The notes beneath the pieces are model-generated. The model was not told the origin of the DNA, ran no database searches, and saw only the letters and a list, made by a program, of their open reading frames with translations. Shown here in pieces: positions 27,164 through 36,976 of a stretch of DNA of 64,000 bases; positions within the stretch are counted from its first letter, which is position 1, and each line of letters starts with the position of its first letter. The position numbers and the translations under genes were made by a program. The DNA is from Macrostomum hystrix. Its lineage: Eukaryota; Animalia; Platyhelminthes. The DNA lies in assembly GCA_950097015.1 (NCBI GenBank), contig CATNEN010000038.1, positions 12,338,001 to 12,402,000 on the forward strand, in the 5' to 3' direction.

Positions 27164-28775
27164 TTAAGCGGCTGGCAACACAGGCAGCGGAGGCTCCCTA
27201 TGGGAGGCCTGCTGCTGCTGCTGTTGCTCGCGAATAAGCAAATCGCGCCTTCGCCTCAGGCGCCGACGAAGTTGATCTTTGACTTCGCCGTCAACACCGC
27301 CGATGTCACCGCCAGTGAGAAGTGTCCGGCCCCCAGCCTGAGGCAGTTTGGTGTGCCGCTTGCACTCGCACAGGACCTGATGAGCAGTGGAATATTACAA
27401 TAGTTACAATTATTATTATTAGTTATAATTGCTACAACCAACTGTTGAGCTAGTCCGCTGGGTTTTATTGCACAATTTTCACTTTAAATACCAAATAACT
27501 AAACTGGTTGCGTAGGGACTTGCGATTAAGTATCCTCAGGACCTGAAGTTAGGGCGACCCTGCGGAGACGTGCGGATCAATAAGTGACAGCGACCTTGAA
27601 GACACGGTGGATAAGAGAGAGGGGATAAACGATGGCGGATTAGGGATAGTGGATTAGGGATGATGAATTAGTGATGGTGTATTAAGGATGATGAATTCGT
27701 GATGGTGGATTAAGGATGGTGGATTAGAGATGGTCGATCAGGGATAGTGTTATATTAAGGATGATGAATTCGTGATGATGAATTCGTGATAGTGGATTAT
27801 GGATGGTGGATTAGGGATGGTCGATCAGGGATAGTGTATTAAGGATGATGAATTCGTGATGGTGGATTAGTGATGGTGGATTAGGGATAAGGGGTTAGGG
27901 ACAGGGGATTAGGGATAGGGGATTAGGGATAGGGGATTAGGGATAGGGGATTAGGGATAGGGTATTAGGGATAGGGTATTAGGGATGATGGATTAGGGAT
28001 AGGGTATTAGGGATGATGGATTAGGGATAGGGTATTAGGGATGATGGATTAGGGATAGGGTATTAGGGATGATGGATTAGGGATGATGGATTAGGGATAG
28101 GGTATTAGGGATGATGGATTAGGGATGATGGATTAGGGATGATGAATTAGGGATGATGAATTAGGGATGATGAATTAGGGATAGGGGATAAGGGATGATG
28201 GATTAGAGATAGGGGATTAGGGATAGTGGATTAGGGATGATGGATTAGGAATAGGGGATTAGAGATAGGGGATTAGGGATAGTGGATTAGGGATGATGGA
28301 TTAGGAATAGGGGATTAGGGATAGTGAATTAGGGATTGTGGATTAAGGATGGTGGATTAGGGACATTGCCCAGAAGATACGGTGGAAGCTGTATCCGTAC
28401 CTGGTCGTAGATGATGGCTGATCGGCAGCGGACGAAGGTGTGCCGAACGGCGCCGGTGACATTGCGCTGGCACTGCTGCTGGCCGAAGCACTGCAAGAAG
28501 TTGCAGGTGCAAGCGTCGTCGGCGATGGCGCCGCAGTCGATGGTGGCCTTCAGGCCGGTGCCGTGCTGAACTTCGAGCATCTCCTCCGAGTAGTGCTGCA
28601 TCATCCAGCGCTCTGTCTGGGTCTCGATGGATCGCCGCTGAATGGTCTTTTTGGCCTTGGCGAACAGGTAGTCCTTCTCGAACTCGCCGTCTTCCCATTC
28701 TTCGCTGCGCGATTCGAACCACTTGATGCCGCCGAGGGCGATGAGGAATAGGGCTACGGCACTCTTCTCGCGCAT
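27164..28775 (-). CDS. Uncharacterised small putatively secreted 8-Cys precursor protein, paralog A (195 aa, 2 coding exons)
   Basis: Exon 1 is 28775-28401 (donor CAG|gtacgg). Exon 2 is 27376-27164 (acceptor atcag|GTC; the TAA overlaps AATAAA). Protein: MREKSAVALFLIALGGIKWFESRSEEWEDGEFEKD..IQRRSI..YSEEMLE..IDC..ACTC..C..C..FVRCR..DQVLCECK..RRRLRRRR.. Confidence 0.8.
27635..28362. repeat. G-rich TTAGGG-containing degenerate repeat (ggattagggat[a/g]..)n in the paralog A intron
   Basis: Dozens of ~13-14 bp units containing ttaggg. Confidence 0.9.
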
Positions 28776-28790
28776 TGATTGGCTGAGGGC

Positions 28791-29095
28791 TGCGAGATTG
28801 ACAGGTGCGAGATTGACAGGTGCGAGATTGACAGGTGCGAGATTGACAGGTGCGAGATTGACAGGTGCGAGATTGACAGGTGCGAGTGGGTGTCTACCCA
28901 TTAGCTTTCCTACCTGTTAGACAGGTTTGTCTACCTAATAGGCAGTGTGTCCACCTGTTAGATAGTGTGTCTACCTGTTAGACAGTGGGTCTACCTATTA
29001 GTTAGTGCGTCTACCTTTTAGATTTGGTGTCTACCTGTTATATTGAATGTCTACCTGTTAGATTAGAGTGTCTACCTGTTAGATAGGGTATCTAC
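28791..29095. repeat. 15-bp repeat (gagattgacaggtgc)n followed by degenerate (tgtctacctgttaga)n
   Basis: Tandem copies immediately upstream (minus strand) of the paralog A ATG. They explain the (LAPVN)n start of ORF 28329..28901. Confidence 0.9.
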
Positions 29096-30161
29096 CTAAA
29101 AGTGATGAATAGATACAAAAAAGCAAAAATAAGAAGTTTAAGACACAACGGATGTGAAAAAGTTTCATATTTTACTTTTCAAGTAAAGTCAAGTAAAAAA
29201 ACAAACTCGGAATGCCTAGCATTGATTAAGTGGAAGTATAGATAAGGTTAATTAAAAGATGAACTTTTCTTAAAAGCTGAAAAACACATTACTGATCGAT
29301 AAATCGTACAAAGAACAACACGAGAATTCCATTCGATTCTTAGAAATGTCAATCTACGAAAAATCTGTATAATCGCATGAGATTTATATATAACAAAAAA
29401 ATCTAAAAAAACTGGTACCAAAATGAGCCAGCTTATATAAACAAACTTTGTTTAAATGAAGTCATGTCAGATATTGAGATTAAAAAAACGATTTCAATAT
29501 TAAACAGCTGTTAATTATAAAATACGATTTGTATTAACAAACGATAAAAAAACTTTAGTAGACAAAAACAAATAAACTGAATGGCGCCTGTGTTTCAGTT
29601 TATTAACAACAATAATAATGATTTATTTACTGCAATGTGCTAACAACTATTGCTAAATTAGCACCTTATAAAAATCCATAAGAAACTCTAACGAATGAAA
29701 AGCACGATAGTTTGACACGTTTCATAATGATGTAATAAATAAATGACAAATGACTGGAAGACTGGATGATATTTTTTAACTAAGAAATCACAAAATATAT
29801 AAAAATCACAACACAGAGTAATAAAATCATTCGATTTTTTGTTACCACATTTTTTGTTGTAATCGTTTTGTATGAATCAATTAGGACTTAGGTGTCCTTG
29901 ATGCACTGATTTGAGAATACAATGCTACTTTAAAAGCTAAATTAGGAAAAAATCGTTACTTTAAAACCTTGCGTTAAGAAAAACGTTAGTATATATTGAA
30001 AAGTGAGAATCAACCGTTCATTAAAACAATCAACTAAATACTCGTCACTGTTAACACAGGTGACAGCAAGTAAATCGTTGATTTTAAAAAACTTTTAAAA
30101 ACTAAACGTAGATGAACCGGCTATTTAGAAATGAGGAAAGCCGTTGTACTTAGAACAGATA

Positions 30162-30557
30162 TAATAATAAAATAATTTGACACTAGACCCAAGGGCCAGT
30201 GCAGGTGTTGTGTGTCAAGCACACTAGCAGGTGGGGACTGCACACCTATTGTACTCTCGGCTCTCTCGGACACCGGTTGACAGCCGCGTGTCAGCAATGG
30301 AATTTATTTTTTCCAAACATATCGGCAGCATCCAAACCCCACAGAATTGCCGCACAGAACTGCTTTATTCCACGCCAGCCGGAATTATTATTACCCGACG
30401 AAATGTCGGTACTCATTTACAGCTGAGTAGACTGTGTGCACATCAGGGCAAAGCAGCTTGCCAAAGGCTGCACGAATAGTTCTAGACTAGGTCGGGAGTC
30501 GAACCCAGGACCCTCTGATCCAGAGTCCGACACCTTACTGACTGAGCTATCCGCCCC
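30162..30557 (-). mobile_element. Full-length tRNA-derived SINE (family 1) with target-site duplication
   Basis: The minus-strand head ggggcggaTAGCTCAGTCAG..GGTTCGACTCC carries Pol III A/B boxes. It is followed by a central block (..cagctgtaaatgagtacc), a 3' end gggtctagtgtcaaa and a (TTA)-type tail. An 11-bp TSD, tagaacagata, lies at 30151-30161 and 30558-30568. Confidence 0.9.
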
Positions 30558-30647
30558 TAGAACAGATAATGAAATTTAACGGTACCTTTCCTAATTAACA
30601 GTAGAACTACCTCAAAACTCACACAAAACTCAAGAACACGGACCAAC

Positions 30648-30870
30648 CTTTTGTTGCGCATCTTCTGAAACGAGAATCAAGTCACCAGCTCTTCAGACCG
30701 TCGAGATACTTAGTATTTGACGGTTCTGGCCGAAGGTCAGATTTTTCCCATAAGCGCTAGTGTATTTCATGTACCCCTATACACGAATTAGCACTGCGCC
30801 TTGCCAGGCCTTCAAAATTTATCATGTTACCTTAATGTGCCTGCATCATCTCCGTCTTCGGTGGTCACCT
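30648..30870. mobile_element. Dispersed repeat of unknown class, copy 2 (inverted relative to 9583-9810)
   Basis: Reverse-complement similarity to 9583-9810. Confidence 0.75.
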
Positions 30871-30969
30871 AATTTTATCTAGACGGACAACTAAACCTCA
30901 AGGGCTACAACTAGGTTGGACTAGGCCACTATGGACACCCTGACCGGATTTCTTCTTTTTTTAATTTCA

Positions 30970-31238
30970 CCTGCCCTAATTAAGACATATGTGCAGCCGA
31001 CAGCACAGCCGCAGCAATTGCGCGGCGCATCTGAAGGCTGCGTACAGCTGTTCAGTCCATGGACTGGGGGGACGCCACACCCACCTTCAATTATGGTACC
31101 CATTTAACAGCTGGGTGAACTGAAGCAATGCAGAGTTAAGTGTCTTGCTAAACGACACAAATTTTTCCAGTGGATTTGGGAATCGAACCCCCGACCTTTG
31201 AGTCGTGAGTCCGACGCTTTAACCACAAGGCCACAACC
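30970..31238 (-). mobile_element. tRNA-derived SINE (family 2)
   Basis: Head ggttgtggccttgtggttaaag..ggttcgattccc (A/B boxes). Body cagtccatggactgaacag..gccttcagatgcgccgcgcaa is shared with 32243-32497 and 62330-62550. Confidence 0.85.
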
Positions 31239-31526
31239 TCTTTACAAGGCTTATTCCATTGTTCACTGATAAAAGCCTAAATATAAGGCGCAGCTCAACC
31301 ACAGGACACCCTCGCCTAGTCTGTCAACCAATCAGTCACCACCCAACGCTGTTGGCATTCGGGCGCTGCCAAAAAAATTCATGATGGGGAGAAAAAGTCC
31401 CTTAATTTGGTATAAACAACGGGCAGCAAAATGGCTTGTTAGTCCGACTGTTAGTGACGCACTTAGACACCATTCCTTAATATAAAAAAACTAAATTAAC
31501 CAGCAGTGTAAAGCAATGCCAGTTAA

Positions 31527-34071
31527 TCATTTTCTTCGCTCGGCCATCATGGCCAGTCGGTCTCGCAAACCTTGCCTAAGTTTGTTGCGCTCAAACTTTG
31601 TAGGCACACTGCTGCTGCCGCCGTTGCTGCTGCCGACGTTGCCGCCGCGGCTCTTAATGCAGCCGTGCGCCGGCCCGCTGGCGTGCTGCTCGCAAAATCT
31701 GCCGCCGCAGGCGTCGCAAGCGTCGACAACGCCAACCTCGGCGGTGGAGGCAGTCAGCCGGCCGCCGCAGTCCCGGACGCAGCAGAATTTATCCAACTGG
31801 CGCGCCTCGGCAATCAGGCGTTGAATGTCGTTCGAGTGGACAGATTCAAACGGGCGCACTTTTGCCAGGCGCTGCTGCTGCTGCTGCTGCTGTTGCTGGC
31901 TGCCACCGTGAAGCATAGCCTGGCGCTGACCCATTTCAGTCAGCTTGTCGGCCAGTCTAGCTTTCTCCTCCTCGATTGCCTGCCGCAGAGCCAGCTTGCG
32001 TCGATCACCAGGACGTTTGTGACGCCGAAGGGCCGCCTGCCGCCTGGCCAGAGCCTCCAGCTCCCGGTCGGCCTCGGCCCGGTCCTGACGGAGCTGCTGA
32101 CGCTGATTGGCCAGACAGCTGGCGATGTGCACCTGTCGGGTGGGATATTGGTGCCAGATTGCTGGATTAAAAATGGGATTATTTGATTGGTCATAAACTA
32201 AGAGTGAATGAAGGGGATTAGGACAGAAATATAATTATTGATTGCCCCAATTAGGCCAGATGCGCAGTGACAGCACAGCCGCAGCTATTGCGTGGTGCAT
32301 CTGAAGGCTGCGTACGGCTGTTCAGTCCATGGCCTGGGGGACGCCACACCCACAGTCAATTACCCCCAGGTGATGCTGGTACCTATTTAACGGCTGGGTG
32401 ACTTGCTAACGGAAACAAATTGTTTTAGTGGAGCCGAGAATCGAACTTCCGACCTTCAAGTCGCAGGTCTGACGCTCTAACCACTAGTCTAATACCACGG
32501 ATAACTATCACAATTAAGGTGGGACTAGGATAGTTAAGATGGGATTAGGATAGAAGATACGCATTACGAGAGCAGGATTATTAAAGGAGAAAATCATCAC
32601 CGTTTTAATGACCAGCGGCACCTCCTCCTGGCAGACGTAGCACAGGAAGTTCTCCTCCGGTATTGTCTGGCACCAGTTGTCCCGCCTCGGCGCCATCGAG
32701 CGAGCCCGCGATCCCATGGGCTGCGGCTCCTCTGGCGCGTCCGTCTCCATGCAGGCGTCGCTACAGGCGATGGTGGCAGAAGAACTGCCGCCGCCACCGC
32801 CGACCTTCAAGCCGAAGGAGGCGGAGCCGACGCAGGCGCCGCCGCCTTCCTTCGAAGGCTCCGGCTTCGGGCTCAGCTTCAGCGCTGAGGCCTCCTGGAG
32901 TAGGCGGCGGGCTTCGGCGCGCTGAGCCTCCCTGTGTCTGAGGGATTCAAAAGACAGGTAAACTGGCAGTCTGGCTGAGTAGATCATAGATTGGGTAGAT
33001 AAAGTAGACTAGATTGGGTTGATTGTGCACTCACTTGAGCTGCTGTTCCTTGGCCATCGTATAAGGCTTCTTGACTACGTAGGCCCGTTCGTGACTCCGC
33101 AGGGCCACCTCCTTGAAGAATAGGCCGCGGTCTTTCGCAAACCACCGCACCGCCCGACGATCGGCCGGCTGCAATCGACCTTCGAAACGAAACTCCGTCA
33201 GCGCCGGATCATTCAGAAAGCGCAGAAGTTTGGTTTCAACTCGAATCGCTGCCTCGCTGGCCTGAATGCCGAAGCTGCCATCGGCCTCCAAATCGTCGCC
33301 GCCGCTGGCCGCGCCAGTTGACACCGATTTGGACATTGGCTCATCGCTGCCGCAGGCAGTTCCACTGACAGCGTGGCCGCTACCGCCGAGTCCTCCATCG
33401 TCGCCAGCCTTCACCGAGAATGTCGCGTAGCCGGAGCTGTTATCGACGTCTTTAGCTCCGATGCTGTCATCGCCGACGCCGCCGCCGAAGGCCACGGAGC
33501 TGCCAATCATTGGCTCATCGCTGCCGCACGCCATGCCACCGTCGTCGCCAACCTTCACGGAGAATGTCGCAAAGTCCGGCTCATCTCTGTGACTGCTGAC
33601 ACCGCCGCCACTGCCGCCGGTACCGAATGATACTCCGGCTGGTGTCAGCTCCTTAGAGCCGCCAGAAGCCGGCGATGGATTGGACGCTTTTGTCGATAGT
33701 CGCTGTAGCTCCTGAAGCATTTCGCTGATCATGTTTCGTCTAGTTGATGATTTTGTATCGACATCCTCGACTGCTGCAGCTGTGGCCATCTTGGCCTGAC
33801 TGGCTTGCGGATCAAAAAAAGGATTAAAGTTGTCACAGATAACCGGCGACGGCGGACGGAGCGCTTGACTGCCTGCAGTGGCTGAGGCGCCCTGGTTGCC
33901 AAGGTAGAATGGATTGTAGTCATAGTCTCCAGGTGACAGTCCAGACGGCGGCAGGACTTGATCACTTGTCGGCGTTTCCAACTCTGCACCGGTGGCAACG
34001 ATGCGAGCTTTGAAAAGATTTTTACCGAATTTGGACTGCCGCTGCTGCGAATTGCCAGCTGTGGATGCCAT
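31527..34071 (-). CDS. R3H-like + C2HC + AN1 zinc-finger protein resembling the C-terminal region of IGHMBP2/SMUBP-2 but lacking the helicase (659 aa, 3 exons)
   Basis: Exons 34071-33035, 32937-32601 and 32132-31527 (GT-AG, 1980 nt). R3H-like segment: KLLRFLNDPALTEFRFEGRLQPADRRAVRWFAKDRGL. C2HC finger: CYVCQEEVP..VHIASC. A coiled coil follows. AN1 finger: CCVRDC..CDACGGRFCEQH..HGC. The tail (RNKLRQGLRDRLAMMAERRK) is IGHMBP2-like. Confidence 0.8.
32243..32497 (-). mobile_element. tRNA-derived SINE (family 2) in intron 2 of the R3H/AN1 gene
   Basis: Similar to 30970-31238; B-box-like gaagttcgattctc on the minus strand. Confidence 0.85.
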
Positions 34072-36976
34072 CTTGGTGAGATACTCAGCAATGAACTATT
34101 TGTAAACTACTTTTGAGAAGCACTTTGTACAGAAATGTTGAAAACAATTCTGAAAAATATAATTTTGTGTCAGAATATATCCAAATTTCTCTACTTAAAC
34201 TACTATTTGCAAAAACTCTCTGCAATACTAGCTAGAAGTCAATAAAAAGAATTAAAAAACGACAAAATATCACACTGTCTCTACAAGGTATCATGATAGA
34301 ATACAAATTAGTTATTAGCTAAACTACAAATATATATTTAAGCAAACAATATATTGCTTGCTTATATACATTGTGCGATTGAATTACTTTATAGAAAACA
34401 ATTAACCAAAAAGTATATTGGCAAATTCAACAAATATCACATTTAGTTAATGCAAGAAAACAAATAGCTTGCGGGCAGGGATTCCACAAATACAAAGATA
34501 GCTAATCTGTGAATATGCAGATATTAAAAAACTGTCCCAATAAGCTTATCCATGTGCTACGGATATAAATATTATAACCAAACTAGTAATACAATACCTT
34601 AACTCGCTGTCAAAATGATTTTTTAACTACTTCTGCAGTCCTATAATAAAAATACTAAAAATAGGATTCCGAGACCTATGTAATAGTAAAATCAAGGTTC
34701 AACGTTTTCAGGAGCCTACTACGATAAATTCTTTTATCGTTGTCATAAGAATCAAGTCACCCTGAGAGTACAAACATGTTTTAGATAAACTGCTACTAAT
34801 TGTACGAACTTGACTGGGACAACTGAAAGTTAAATTAGCAGAAGTTTTCGATATTAAAATCGCGCTGTTTTAAAGAAAACTAGACCTGTAGGCAGAATTT
34901 TTAACGCAGTTGTTACAACTAATTACATATTTAAATTTAATCTCTCTTTTAGAATACTAGGCACTACATAAATGAAATCTAAATTTTTTGTTTACTTGTG
35001 TACCATTTTTAAATTTAATTTTCTGAGAAACGAAAGCGAAACCTTCGTTTGTTGCACGAAAGTAAACCTCAGTGCCTGCTTTTATAAATCTTTCTTTTCT
35101 TGTAACAAAACCACAGCTCTAACTGATAAAAATGTCACTTCTACGAATCAGTCGTGGTTGGAGAATGATAACAGGAGTGAGGTAAGAATTTTAATAAATC
35201 ACTTCTTTACCTTGACAATACATTTATCTTCTTTATTTTAAGTACTGACAAGGCAAAATATCTAAAGTTTCCCTTTTTATAGCAAGCCTAATTCTAATCA
35301 TCTTGACTTCTAGTCTTAATTTTAAGCTGGTGACATGCCAATTTAGTAGCATGCAACTTGAATTGAACTTGAATACTATAAAAAGTTTTTGTTTTTGTAA
35401 GCACATAGATAAATCTTTGTCTATATGCTGAGTTCATATTGGTTGCCATTTTGTTCTATCTGCAACCACTTTCTATGGAATGGCTTCCATATAACAGGAT
35501 AACCACACTTAGTGGCACAAAAGGAATTAGAAATTTTAAAAGAAAAATCTTTGTTATGTGTTTTAATATATAATGTATTACTTACATGGAGAATGGCAAA
35601 TAAATAGAGTCAAGGGGACCTATTAAAGATGACTCATCCTTATTATTAGATAGCCTTTGGTCTTAAGGCTTTTGTAGGGACCCTAATATATAGGAATACC
35701 ACTCTAAGCAAGACCCATAGTCCAGATCATGTATGCACACCGGAATTTTCTGGCATGCATTTGTTTTCAGCTGGCATGTATGGCATGTAGTGGTATATAT
35801 TTTAAGGGTTGGTGTACACTTTGGTGTGCAAGGCATGCATCGCGTGCATGGCGATGGTGTAGTGTCCAATCGTATATTGCATTTAAAAAGAGATCAAATA
35901 TGTGTTTCATGTATTTGTATGTACAATTACAAGTATCAACCAAATATTTAATGGACTTTGCATGACTAAAACAAAATGTTCTGTTATCTGTTCAAGCATT
36001 TTTATGTTTTGTAAACTGCACAATAAATACTATAAACAAATAATTTTTTTCTGTTTGATATTGCTTTTAGGTAAATACAAAAATGGAAGTAAGTTTGTCT
36101 CTTGAAAGCAAAAAATGTGTTATGGCTTTTTTATACAAATTATATGATGTGCCACATTGGCATGCACTGGCATGCAATTTAAAAAAACTCTGCACCTTTG
36201 GCATACAAACAATTTTTTCACAATTTTCTTCCGCTGCGCAGCCAACATGATCCGGACTATGGAGCAAGACATGGTGATTGAAAAGATTTTAGTTAGGCAA
36301 ATTCTGTGCAAATAATAAATAGGAATTAACTTCAATAGTGACATCAGGACCCATTGTAGATTAATACTCCTAATTATAGGTTGGGCTAAAAGACTTTTGT
36401 GGGTATCCAAATATATCTCAATCAGATACTCTAACATTCTTACAATGCAGTTCATGTTTTTGTTGATTTATTCATTCATTCGCACTCCCACTCCCCTTCT
36501 AGAACATTCTATAGGCTTCTCACGCAGCTAAGTTGTATGCTCCTGTCTTGCTACTGTACATCTTCTGGAATGTTCTTCCAGAAATTTCTGGAAATTCCTT
36601 AAAGTAATTTTATAGAATTAAAGTTGGAGAAGCCTGTACCAGCTAGTTTCTTTAATCATTTTAGAGATAGACCACAACACAAACCAGAGATTTTTGTTTG
36701 CATGCTAACCCATTGTCTAGAAAAGGGGTATACACTAAAACTAAAATTATTTGATTTATTACACTCGTGATTTTTGGCCTACAGTTATGGCATAGTTACA
36801 ATTTGGCATACTGTAAGATTTGCATGGTAAAAATATTCATCATGAGTAACAAATAGAGATGATATGAAGATATTGAATGATGAATAAGAATATCTTGGTT
36901 TTTTTGTTTCTGTCATATGTGTTGTTTTATATTTAAACCAATATTTTAATATTATCTCGTGTTTATAATGTGCTAG

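Noticed and set aside
30480-30557. tRNA-like sequences (also ~31170-31238, 32430-32497, 62330-62380)
   Set aside because: A/B boxes are followed by SINE bodies and tails, with no complete cloverleaf. These are SINE heads, not tRNA genes.
36500-36820. Candidate first exons for ACADL (e.g. ~36516-36603)
   Set aside because: Several options exist, but none clearly combines an ATG, the required phase and a mitochondrial-type presequence. Left unassigned.
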